A stretch of 64,000 nt of DNA, from NCBI RefSeq assembly GCF_009914755.1, contig NC_060947.1; one strand, written 5' to 3'. Under the pieces are notes generated by a model that searched no databases, was not told where the DNA came from, and was given only the letters and a program-made list of their open reading frames with translations. This document shows positions 32,826 through 46,840 of this stretch, one piece after another. The position numbers and the translations under genes are program-made. The DNA is from the human T2T-CHM13v2.0 reference genome, Homo sapiens. Numbering within the stretch: position 1 is the stretch's first letter; each line of letters begins with the position of its first letter.

Positions 32826-33212
32826 TTTTTTAAAATTATTATACTTTAAGTTCTGGGGTACATGTGCATAATGTGCAGATTTGTTACCGTGCAGGTATAC
32901 ATGTGCCATATTGGTTTGTTACACCCATCAACTTGTCATTCACATTAGGTATTTCTTCTAATGCTATCCCTCCCCTGATCCCCCACCCCCCAACAGGCCC
33001 TGGTCTGTGATGTTCCCCTCCCTGTGTCCGTGGGTTCTCATTGTTCGACTCCCACTTATGAGTGAGAACATGCAGTGTTTGACTTTCTCTTTTTGTGTTA
33101 CTTTGATGGTTACTTTTTTGATGGTTTCCAGTTTCATCCATGTCCCTGCAAAGGACAGAAACTCATCCCTTTTTATGGCTGCATAGTATTCCATGGTGTA
33201 TATGTGCCACAT
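32826..33212 (-). mobile_element. short 5'-truncated L1PA6/7-like
   Basis: 3'UTR with 15-bp TSD TGGTC(C/T)ATTATTTTC at 32811-32825 and 33213-33227. Confidence 0.9.
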
Positions 33213-33229
33213 TGGTCTATTATTTTCAG

Positions 33230-33870
33230 TCAATTTATTTCGTTATCAATACTGTATTATTTTAATTGGTATTGTTAATAAGTAATGTCCTCTGTTGTTC
33301 TAACTCAAATATTTCTTGGATTTCCTTCATTATTTTATATTTCATATTAATTTTAAAAGCATATTTTAGGGTTTATAAAAATCTTGTTGAGTGTGATTTG
33401 GATTGGATTTATTGATTAAGTCATGGAGAATTAACACATTGTGTTATTGTAAACATGGTATATGCCCCATTTAGTCATTATATTTTAAATCTTCAGCATT
33501 TAAAAATTGATTATCCATATTATTTTATATTTCAGTTGAGTTTATTTCAAGATATTTTGTATTTTTGTTTTTATTGTGAAGAAAATATCTTTCTCCATTA
33601 TCAGTATATCTTCTGATTGTTATTGCTAGAATACAGAGAAGCTAATGATTTTATCTTGTTTATTTTTTATCTGGTTTTCTGACTGCTATCTTATGAGCTC
33701 TTTAAATTTTAGTTTAATATCTTGGTTTTTGAAATAGCTAATAATGTTGTCTGTAAACAGATGGCAGTTTTCTTCCTTCTTTATAATGTCTTTGCTTGTA
33801 TTTTTATATTGTATATGACCCACAATTCATTATTGAATAATTGTGTTGCTAGAAGGCATCTTTCTCTTCT
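33230..33870 (-). mobile_element. very old L1M ORF2 relic
   Basis: Degenerate antisense ORF2 motifs; T-rich. Confidence 0.45.
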
Positions 33871-34296
33871 TAGACCAGATTCTTCCAATACAATAAAAAT
33901 AAATTTAATTTGTAATTAGAGGAGAAAAACTCACCAAATAAATGTCTTTTTTTCTCCAAAATAAGTATGTTTAGGGAAGAAGTTAAAAATTGTGGCACAA
34001 AAGGCACTAGAATAGACAATATTAAAAAACGATTATTTCCAGATCCAAAATAACAGATGAAAGACAAGAGTCCACAGCTTCATGAATTAATTTTTTTGTT
34101 TGGTAAAAAAATCTACAGACAAATTTGGATGGAAATATGTGAGAAATCAAAGAAATAAAATTATGTTTACCCAATATTCCAGGTTCTATCATATCTGCAG
34201 CTTTCCTGTTCTATAGACATTCATAGATTCATACTAAGGCTTTACTAGTTAGGATTAAGAAGATTGCTTAGTACTTCCATAAATCCAAATTTTTGA

Positions 34297-35552
<1,256 letters not shown>

Positions 35553-37160
35553 AAGAAAATTGCTTAGTACTTCCATAAATCCACATTTTTGACAATAAGG
35601 GAGTGGGTAAATGAGTCATGATTCACCTGTACAATAGAGCCCCTTCTGGCCATTAAAATAATATTTTTAGAAAGATCATAATCTTTTATAATAGAAAAAA
35701 GCTTTAAAAATAGTATAATTTTATTTGTGTCATATATTTTTTCACAATTTTATCATAAAGTTAAAAGAACATATACATAAGAGGATTATTTTACACACAT
35801 ACACACAAACACACTTATATGTATGTAATTAATAAGGTTTAAATATTCATATATATCTACAAAATCAAAAAAACTTAAAACACAGTGTTAACATTGGCAA
35901 TGCAATGTAGTAAGGTTTTTGATAATTTTTATTATCTTTATTGAACTCTTCTGTATTTTCCAAACTTGGTGAATGAACATGCATTACTCATATAATAATA
36001 AACATTCAACCAAGCATAATATTTACCCAAAACTCGCCCTTTAACTGAGTTAGGTCATATATCCCCGCATTTGCTACCTGCTCCTCTGTTTCCTGTTAAT
36101 ATCTGCATTTTATACTTGATTATTTGTTTCTGTATATCAACTGTCTCTGGAACTGCCCTCCACATCTCATGTTGTCTCCCATTCATATTAATCATGCAAC
36201 TTTACTTCTTTACTCCTAAACTGAATCTGTTTATTTCATGCTTGTGTTCAGTTTCTGGGAGTTTTTATCTCATATCTCTGGTTATCACATTATTGACAAC
36301 TACATCTTCCCCTACATCACCCCACAAACATGTTACATAAAGTAAAATATTAAAAGTCTTGAAAGACATGCACATCGATACTCAGTAATTTATTAAACAG
36401 GTTTTTTTCAGTGCTTGCTTTGTGTCACACACACACAGACTGGGAACTAAAGGTAAAACTGTAAGAAGGAGTGGACTCTGCTTTCATGAAATTACTCATA
36501 CAGGCATTCAGAAATGCATTAATTAAATTACCACACACACATGCAAATATAATTCAGAGGTATGATCCAACCGCAAGGAATTGCATGATTCTATAAAGGC
36601 ATATAACAGAGAACTGACACTGGCTTTTAACGTCAGTATTACCTGGAGGAAGTAGCAATATTTGTGGTGGTTAATTTTATGTGTCAATTTGGTTGGGCCA
36701 TGGGGTGTCCAGATATTTGCTTAAACATTATTCTGGGTGTGTCCGTGAGGGTGTTCATGGAAAATATTAACATTTGAATTTGTAGATTGACATAGCATAT
36801 TGTTCTCCCCAATGTGAGTGGCCCTCATGCAATTATTTGCAGGCCTCAACAGAACAAAAGGCTGAGTAAAAAAGAAAAGTTTACTCTTTTTGCCTGACTG
36901 CCTTCAGGCTGGGACATTGGTCTTCTCCTGCCTTCAGACCTGGACTCAGACTGAAACTTACACCATTTGCTCTCCTGGTTCTCAGGCCTTCAGAGTCTAC
37001 TTGGAACTATGCCACAGCTCTCCTGTTTCTCCAACTTGCTAAATGCAGATCTTGGTACTTCTCTACCTCCATAAGTGTGTGAAACAATTTATTAAAATAA
37101 ATGACTTTATACATACGTGCATACAAACATTCACACACACACGTGCAGATGCATACACAG

Positions 37161-37191
<31 letters not shown>

Positions 37192-38253
37192 TTTGTTCTG
37201 TTTCTTGGAAGAACTCGGACTATTACAGATTTTGGTACCAAGAGTGGTTTTATGGGAAGATAATTTTAAAGGTGAGTTTTTAAAATTGGTTCTGGAGTTT
37301 CTGGAAATTTCCCTCTAGTCTAATTAGATTTTAAAAGACCGTGGCTGTATTTCCAGTAGTAAAGAGAGTGCTGATAGTGCATGGCATAGTGTGGAAATAG
37401 AGATGTTCAAAATATCTTCATTGGATACTCCTAATCAACCACTTATAAGAAGCAAGGAGCTGGGTGACTGTTCATACTGCCCTTTGAAATATTTTTGGAA
37501 TGCTAACAAATATAATGAGGTTGCATGGTTGCTTTTAATGTTTCTGGAGTAAGTGGGGAAAGAAAAAAATGAGCTCAGTATTTAAATTCGCAGCTAAACC
37601 ACCACATAAATGACCTTCTATGTGTACCATGAAGGAAACTCTTATTTTGTAACCACAATGTTGAAATTGCTGAAAATACTAATCTCATCCTGTATCTGGC
37701 TGAATTACAAGTTGAATCCCCAGTATTACACGGTGTCTATTGCTAAAAAGAGGGCATTGATTGGAAAATAATGTGACCAATGGAAATGAGGATGCATGGA
37801 AACACTCTGACAAAATTGGGAACATTAAACCCCTGAATTTTGATGTATCTTCTTTGTCAGTAGAAGTCCTCACTCCCAGTGGATATATCCTCCAAAATTA
37901 GAGAAGAAACAGATTACAAAACCCTAGAAGAAGCAACCTCTGCAGCCTTAGTGGTAGCAGCCTCTGCACACTTGTCTGAGGAGATTAACCCTTAGATTAC
38001 CTGAGGAAACGGTAATGGCCTTCCCAGGCTGTGGCCATACAATATAATGCTAATTTTCCTCTAGATGGACTCACATGACACTTTTTTCTTCTAAAGCAAG
38101 GGAAACCAATATGAGAATTCCAACAGAATCTCATATTTGAGAATTCCAATAAATTTTAATAAGAAATTTAACTAAACTCAAATCTCAGCAGGTGCATAAA
38201 GGTGAGTGTGACTCAAGAGGAGTTTCACTATATTCCAAATGAAGTACCTGAGT

Positions 38254-38370
38254 TATATATATAATATATAATATAATATATATTATATTATAATATATAT
38301 TATATTATATATGTATTATATATATATAATATTATATATGTATTATATATATATAATAGAGAGAGAGAAA
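38254..38370. repeat. (TA)n/(GA)n microsatellite inside ERV-L gag
   Basis: Directly visible. Confidence 0.85.
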
Positions 38371-40939
38371 GATAGAAATTTGGGAAATATATATGAGAAT
38401 ACATGTTGTGGGTTTGGCATAATGGTAAAAGGAACATAAAGTTAGATCAGGCCAAATTTATTAATACAAGCTCACTAAGCATGAGAAAATTAGAAAAGCT
38501 GATTCCTTGGTTTAATGTGCAGAAAGGTATTCAAAGGCTAAGGGATATTAGTATGTTGGAGTGGATTTTTCATTTAATATCGTCCCACCCTTAGAGGGTT
38601 CAGAAGACATACTTTTCAGAAATACTGGGTAAAATATATTTATAAGGGAAGCATCACCACTTTAGATGAGCTCTGTAATCACTCATCCCTACAGGCCAGA
38701 CCTTACACTGGGAAATGCTGTCACTTAATTGGAAATCTTAAATGTAACAGAAGTAATGGGATAATAGGGTCTCAAGGGACAAGTGGTGACACTCACATTA
38801 TATAAACAGAGAGTCATTGCCTCTCAATCAATTTCCACATCTAAGTTAGTTTACAGACTTAGAATCTCCCTAGTGAAGTGGAGGAGGCTGCGTTCACTTG
38901 AGGAAGAACCAAGGGATATGGTCAAAAATTATATTGTTAATCTTTCTTCCTGCCTTACCCAAAAAGGCCTGTGGCCTATTGCCAGGGTAATGTTATATTT
39001 TAAAAAAATAAATAAATAAACACACCTTCTGGGGACTACTGGGTACTGTATTTGAACTGGCATTTATATCAGGAGATTTAAAAGATCACTGCGGTCCAGT
39101 GGTTGGAGTAGGAACTTATGGATGTCAGGATTTAAATGGATTTTTAGCTCAGGTCCACTTCTAAAAGGGACTAGTGTATCTTTTAACCCAGCTTGTGATT
39201 ATTTTTCTAGTCCCAGAATGCAAAACTGAAATAAATCTACTCAGCAACTGGTGGAATTCTCATATTGGTTTCCTGACCTGTGGAGTGAGGGCTATTAAGA
39301 TAGGAAGGATGAAGTGGAAGCAATTAGAGCTGCCTCTACCTAGAAAACTAGTAAATCAAAAGCGATACTGCATTCATGAAGATATTACAGAGATTAGTGT
39401 CACTCTCAAAAACTTGAGAGATGCAGGAAATATTCCTACTCAAATATCCTATTTGTCCTGTGCAGAAGACAGACAAATCTTGAATATTGACAGTGAATTA
39501 TTGTAAGCTTAACAAGATGTTGATTCTAATTGCAACTGCTGTACCAAATGCAATTTCATTGCTTGAAAAAATTAACACATTCTGGTCACATGGTATGTAG
39601 CTAATTATCTGGAAAATGCCTTTTTATCTTAACCTATCATCAGGTGTATCAGAAGCAGTTTGATTTCGGCTAGCAAGATCAGCAATACACATTCACTGTC
39701 CTACCTCTAATGTATATCAACTCTTTAGTCCTATTTCTTAATTTAGTTTTCAAGGATCTTGACGACCTTCCTCTTCCACAGGATAACACACTGATTCATT
39801 ACATTGATGACATTATGCTGATTGGGGTGAGTAAGAAATAGCAACTACATTCAACATAGTTTGGATCCTTGCATGTCAGGGTCTTGGAAATGAATCAGGA
39901 AAAGATTCGGGGCCTTCTACCTCAGCGAAATTTGTATGGATCCAGTGATGTAGGGTATGTCAAAATTTTCTGTCTAAGCTGAAGGATAAAATGCTGTATC
40001 TGGCCTCTCCTATAACCTAATAAAAGGCTCAATGTCTAGTGGACCTATTTGAATTTAAAAGGCAACATATTCCTCATCTGGATGTGTTCCTCTGGTCTAT
40101 TTACTTAGTGACTTAAATAGCTGCTAGTTTTGAGTGGGTGCTCAGAATAAGAAAGGCTATTCAAAAGGTCCAGACTAGTGTGTAAGATGCTCTACCACTT
40201 GGACCATATGATTCAGCAGATCCAATGATGCTTGAAGTGTCAGTGGCACATGCATAAGTTGTTTTGAGCCTTAGGTAGGTATCTATATGTATGAATTATA
40301 GTTTAAGCCTTTAGGATTTTGGAGCAATGCTATACCTTCACCCATAGATAACTACTCTCCTTTGGAGTAAAAGCTCTTGGCTTGCTACTGAGTCTGGAAG
40401 GGATTAAAACTTAACCATGGGTCACTAAGTTACCATGTGGCCTGAGCTGCCCATCATAAACCTGATACTATCTCACCCAGAAAACCACACATTTTGGTAT
40501 TCAGAGCAGCACTCCTTAATCAAATGGAAGTAGTATATACATGAATGGGCCTGAGCAGGTCCTGAACACATAAATAAAAGTTACATGAAAAAATGGCCCA
40601 AATGTTCATGGTTCCCACTCCTGCTACACTGCTTTCTCTCTCCTAACCTGCACCTATGGCCTCATAAGAAGTCTCCTGCAACTAGTCGACAGATGAAAAA
40701 AAAATTGAGCCTTATTTGCAGTTAGTTCTGTACAATTTATAAGTACCACCCAACAGTGCCTTTCTTGCACATCCCTAAGAAATGATAGTAAATGGAAATT
40801 CTTTTAGTAGACAAAACTTTGAGCAGTGCACCTGGTTGTTTACTTTTCTTGGAAGGAGAAATGACCAGATGTTAAACTATACCAACTAATGGACTGTGGC
40901 CAATAGTTGTCTGGATGGCCAGGGACTTGGAAGGAATAT

Positions 40940-41334
40940 TGTCTCTGCCTGTTTTGTGTTGCTTCAACAGAATACTTGAGACTGGGTAGTTTATATTTTA
41001 AAAGAGGATTCTTTTGGCTCATAATTATGGAGGCTGGAAAGTGCAAGAATAGGCAGCCACATCTGGTTGGCTTCTTTTGGGGGCCTTGTGCTGTGTCATA
41101 AGATGTCGGAGAAGTAGAAGAGGAAGCAGGAGTTCAAAAAGGACAAAACATGAGGGGTGACTTTTTTTGGTAACAATCTGCTCCTACAAGAGCTAACCCA
41201 ATCTTGCAAGAAGAAATTAATTTATCTCACAGACCTAATAACCTCTTAAAGGCCCCACCTCCTAACAAGATTATATTGGCAATTAAATTTCAACATGAGT
41301 TCTATCAAGGACAAACCACATCCAAACCACAGCC
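40940..41334 (-). mobile_element. MST-family (MSTC-like) solo LTR nested in ERV-L pol
   Basis: MaLR motifs GAGACTGGGTAGTTTATA and CCTCTTAAAGGCCCCACCTCC; 5-bp TSD AATAT/AACAT. Confidence 0.8.
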
Positions 41335-43879
41335 AACATGATTGAATAAATGGTGACAAAAAATTAGGAGAAGAGATATGTGGGTATATCTTCCTGAATG
41401 GGCAAAAAAACCATGAAAATATTTGTGCCCCCTGTGAATGCTCAGCAAAGAATTACCTCATCAGTGGAGGATTTTAATCATTACACTTGGATACTAGTCA
41501 GCCTCTTTTCTCAGCCACAGCTGCTCCTGCTCATAAGCAAAGTGGCCATGATAGCAGAGATGAAGGTTATACATTGGTTCAGCCATATAAATTTTACTCA
41601 CCAAGGCCAAACTGGCTATGGCCATGGCTGAATGATCAATCAGCCAGTAGCAAAAACCAACACTGAATTCTTAATATGTCACCATTTTTTACAGTGATTA
41701 GGCAGCTACCTGATAACAAGTTAAATACAGCTATTTGTATTATAGAAAGAGTAGTGTTTTGTTTTACTGTAATAGAAACTTACTTTTGAATATAAATTTG
41801 CCTTCCCTGCATGCAATAGTTCTGCCAAAACTGCCATTAGTGAACTTTCAGAATGCCTTATCCATCATCATGGTATTCCGCACAGTATGCTTCTGATGAA
41901 TAAACTGATTTTATGGCAAAATAATTGCTACATTTGGTCTATAAAATTTGCTGGTCTTACCATGTTCTCACCATCATTAAGCAGCTAACGTTTAATAGAA
42001 TAGTGAAATGGCCTTTTAACAACTCAGCTACAGCACTTTCTAGGTGGCTGTACCTGGCAGGGTATAAACATAGTTCTCCAGGACATTGCATATGTTCTGA
42101 ATCAGCGTTGGATGTTTCTTCCATACCCAGGATTTATGGGTCCAGGAATTAAGAGATAGAAACGGGAGTTGAAACCACTTACTATACTTTAGTGCCCAAT
42201 AGCAAAATATTTTCTTCCTGTTTCTATGACTTTATGCTCTACTGGCCTGGTGGCCTTAGTTCCAGAGAGAAGAATGCTTCCACTGGGAGAGCCAACAATA
42301 TTTCTGTTTAATTGGATGTTAAGCCTTCTACCTGGCCACTTTTAACTCCTCATGCCTCTCAGTCAGCAGGCAAAGAAGGGAGTTACAGTGCTGGCTGAAG
42401 TGATTGCTCCTGACCACCAAAGAGAAATTGGACTGTTGCTCCATAATGGAGGTAAGGAACAGTATGTCTATGGTACAGAAGATCTCTGAGGATATCTTAG
42501 TTTTACCGGACCCTATCATCAATGTTAATGGAAAACTGCAATTACATAATTCTTGCAGAACTACTAGTGGCCCAGAGCTTTCAGGAAGTGTTGAGTCACT
42601 CTACCAGATAAATATCTACAATGAATTGATGTGTTTCCTGAAGTTAAAGGATATAGACAATGGACAGTGGGGGAGAGTAGTTATCAATTTCAACTATGAC
42701 TGTATGATCAGTCCAAGAAATGAGGACTCAAATTTTCATGAGTATTTCTTATTTTGTCATAAATGTACACATACACACACATATATGTATGCATATATAG
42801 TTGTTTTCTTATCTTTCTTATTCCTTCGTTATGTGACATAAGAGGTATGCACTTGTTATCACAGTATTTAAGTAAGGTACTGTCAGTTTTACTTTATTTT
42901 ATTTAGTGTACAAGACATCAAGAAGTAAAGCAAGCAAGACATAATCTACCATTTTTATTCTGAGGAAAACACATTTTAATAGGTGTTTTCAGTTGTACGC
43001 TGGAAAACTGTATTATGTTAAGTGGGATTCTGACCTTGTTATCATCTTTACTTAGAGATTTAGTATTATTTAAGGAGATGTGCATGGGTGCTAAACTGAA
43101 GATATTTGAAATTGTGATGGTTACTTTTATGTGTCAATTTGAGTGGAGGAGGGTTGCTCAGGTATTTGGTTAAACATTATTCTGAGTGTGTCTTCGAGTG
43201 TGTTTTTGGATGAGATTAACATTTGAATCAGTAAACCGAGTAAACAGATTGCCTTTCCTAAGTTATATGCCCTTCATCCAATCTATTGAAGTCCTCAATA
43301 GAACAAAAGGCTGTGTAAATAATAATTTTCTTTCTCTCTTTGACTGTTTTTGAGCTGAGACGTTAGTCTTCTTCTGCCTTTGGCCTCAGACTCAGACTAG
43401 AGCTTACAACATTGGCTCTCCTGGTTCTCAGGTGTTTGTATTTGAACTGAAATTATACTATTGGCTATTCTGGGTATCCAACTTGCCAACTGAAGATATT
43501 GTGACTTCTCACTTTCCATAACCATGTGAGCTAGTTTCTTATAATCCTATCCATTTTTTCCTTTTTGTTCTGTTTATCTGAAGACCCCAGACTAATACAA
43601 TATTTGAATCCAAATCTTAATTGTATATGAGAGTTAACTGGGTGAAGGGATTTGTGAAGAGCATTGAAGTCAGTAATATCAGAATAATTCAACAATCTGT
43701 GATGAAAAGAATTAAACTATGATAAACTATGTGTCAAAAAACATAGCATGTCATTGGGGGAGTGTGTTGAAAGAAGTGGCCTAAAGTGCTGTTGGAGAAA
43801 TAGGAGAAGGCTAAACATTGGAGGATCTTACAGGTAAATTCAAGTGTTATTTTCTGCTGTTTAGGGTGTATCAAAGAGA

Positions 43880-45795
43880 ATGTTGCCACAATGCTAATAA
43901 CATTGGAAAAAAACTCAAAATTATGAAACTAATAACTTTTATGATCCCTTCAGATAGATGGGGTCTTATGGAAACAAGGTTAAATGAAACTTGAAAGTAC
44001 AGCAGGCCCCTCTGAGAAGAGACAGGACACACAGACTGTTTCATCTTTAACCAGGCATGAAAAGATGTAGTACCATAACAGTAGATTATAAGAAATCAAC
44101 TAAAATGATATTAATTCTTAAAGGATGAGTTATGTCAAACATCCCTTTAGAATAACTGCCACCACCAGACACAATGGGAGTTTGCATTCACTGACAAGCT
44201 GTCTTTTATAGGCACTCATCAAGTTCTCAAGAGAAAGATTGGGGTAGGACAGAAAACTATAAAATAAGTTACTATCAGTAGCACACTGGTAGAAAACTCT
44301 GCACACACTTACTAGGACAGTTTTCTCATAAAAAGAGAAAACATTAAGCTGATGTGGGAGAGACAGGAAACTCCCTTGGTTTCAATGATCAGGCAAACTT
44401 CCACTGTTTCTATGGCTGGGTTAGATGTAAAACATATCTTCCTCTAAGGAAATTATTAAAAATTCTGTTTGCTTCACAACAATATCTATTTCTACTTGGA
44501 GAGGAGCAAAACCAAAAATTATTTTTCTCTGGGAAAGGTACAGAAAAATTCTAATTGATTCAGGATTCTGTGCTAATACAAAGCAGATACCTGCTACCAG
44601 TGATAAGAGTCAGGAAACTCTCCTGATCAAGACCCAAAACAAAAACAAGACATACTTTAATTGGCATGCAGGGAGAGGTAGAAGCAATAAGAAGAATAAA
44701 AGAGCCTTACCCCAAGTCTTAGGCACAAAGAACCTGTCTAAAATTGAGACAAAAAAAAAAGGAGAGACAAGAATCTCTTCTGGCTATACGACTAGGTTGA
44801 GAATAAGTAACAAAAGTGGTAGCCTACATCTAGAGATGTGGGAGAGTAAAGTAGAGAAGAACTGCTCTGTGGTTTAAGAATGCAACGGCTGCTGAAATTT
44901 CGGGATAGAAGAGAAACATTGAGAAAAATCTTTTGGTTTAAGGTTTCCACACTATGCACAAGGTAACAACAAACCACTACTTCAAGAATTTTAAGGCTGC
45001 GTTGCACTGAACATAAATGTAGCAAAAATAAAACAAATTGAATTTAACTCCTGACTAGATTGAATCAACTCTTGACTCCACTGTTGGCCTCAGATAATCA
45101 AAGCCATACCAATTTCTGAGGATAGATACTATTTATATTGTGCTCTATTTTTTCTCTTATACAACATATTCAGCAATTTTTAGAGACAGTGCTTTCCTTT
45201 GTCACCTAGGCTGGAGTGCAGTGGTGTAATTTTGGTTCACTCTCGTGAGATCAAGAGATTCTCCTCCCCGAGACTCCCAAGTAGCCGGGACGATAGCCAC
45301 ATGTCACCATGCCTGGTTACCTGGTTAAGGTGGGTTTGTTTTGTTGCTTGTTTGTAGAGACAGTGTCTTTCTGTGTTGCTCAGGCTGGTCCTGAACTCCT
45401 GGCCTGAAGTGATCCTCCCACTTCAGCCTTTCAAATTGCTGGGATTACAGGCATGAGCCACCATGCCTGATTGGCAGTACTCTATTAAGATAAGAGCATT
45501 TTGTCAAGTTATAAGCAACCAACACAATCACGCTCAAAGATGAACCAAGGGTTGGAAAAATAAGAGAAGAAATTTTAAACAACTGTAATTTATATATTAA
45601 ATAAATAACAAAGACAAACTGCATGCATAAATATATGGAACATATGATTAAAGTTATGAATATAGATACATATATATCATGTAAAAGGGTTAGAAAAATG
45701 ATACTAGAAAAAATACTAGGCATATATGCAGATAAATCCAGTTAATTTGAAATTATGAAATACAAATTAATTACTTTGAAACACTAAAAGAAAAA
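43880..45795 (+). mobile_element. old L1M 5'UTR/ORF1 start, probably continuing at ~52965-53500
   Basis: A-rich degenerate sequence; ORF1-like relics on both sides of the younger inserts. Confidence 0.4.
45177..45472 (-). mobile_element. AluJ-like, diverged
   Basis: Antisense Alu with GTTGCTCAGGCTGGTCCTGAACTCCTGGCCTGAAG. Confidence 0.85.
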
Positions 45796-45797
45796 AC

Positions 45798-46840
45798 TGT
45801 CTTAGCTTGTATTGTTTTCTATAATAAAATAAGATAAACTGCGTAACTTATAAACAACAGGAAGTTATATCTCACAGTTCTGTAGCCCTGGAAGTTCAAG
45901 ACCAAAATGCCAGTAGATTTCCTATCTGATGAGGGCCTGCTTCCTGGATGATATATAGCCATCTTCTCACTATAATTTTATGTTGTGGAAGTCATGAGAG
46001 AGGTCTGTCTCTTTTATAAAAGCACTAAATTTCATTCATGAGGGCCCTACCCTCATAACCTAATTACTTCTCCAAAGTCCCACCTTCTAACAAACAGTAT
46101 AATAGGTGTTACATTTCAATATATAAATTGGGGTAAAGGATATAAACATTCCATCCCTGGCCCCCCATTTTAGTCCATTGCAATAGCTGTAATAATATAT
46201 CATATACTGGGTAGCTTATAAACAACAGAAATTTATTTTTTGCTGTTCTGGAGGCTGAGAAGTCCAAGATCAAGTCACCAGCAGACTCACTGTCTGGTGA
46301 GGGCTCACTTTCTGGTTCCCATTCATGAGGGCTCCACCCCTGTGACCTAAACCACTTCCCGAAGGTCTCATATAATGATATCATCACCTTGGGGGTTATG
46401 ATTTCAACATATAAATTTTGAAGGACACAAATATTCACACCATCACATTCCACACTTGCTTCTCCATAATTTATATTCTTCTGTTATGCAAAACAGAAGC
46501 CTATCCTAGTAGCCCAAAAGTATTAACTCATTTCAGCATCAGTATAAGTTTAAAGTCTCATATAAATGTTATTTAGACAAGATATGGGTGAGAATGAAAG
46601 TACATTTCTTTTTAAGACAATTTTTTTTTCTCCAACTGAGCACCTGTGACATCAACGCTACTTGCTTTCCAAATCCAACGGTGCAATAGGAGAGAAATAT
46701 TCTTTTTCATTCCTAAAGGTAGGATAGGAAAGCATAAAATAGTGATCAGGTTCTAAATTAGTCCAAAACCCAATGGAGAAAATTTTATTAGACTTTAAGT
46801 TTCAAGCTTAATTCTCTGGCTTAACGCTTTGCCCTCCAGG
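45798..46840 (-). mobile_element. two adjacent MLT1A-like LTRs (45798-46155, 46168-46450) plus internal fragment
   Basis: Two copies of CTTATAAACAACAG...GAGGGC...CATTCATGAGGGC; MaLR internal sequence follows. Confidence 0.75.

Larger units (their letters stand above)
36663..43599 (+). mobile_element. complete ERV-L provirus with MLT2(C/D) LTRs; gag-pol-dUTPase decayed
   Basis: LTRs 36663-37227 and 43113-43599; PBS TGGTACCAAGAGTGG after the 5' LTR; RT YIDD at 39800-39811; perfect 5-bp TSD ATATT (36658-36662, 43600-43604). Confidence 0.9.
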
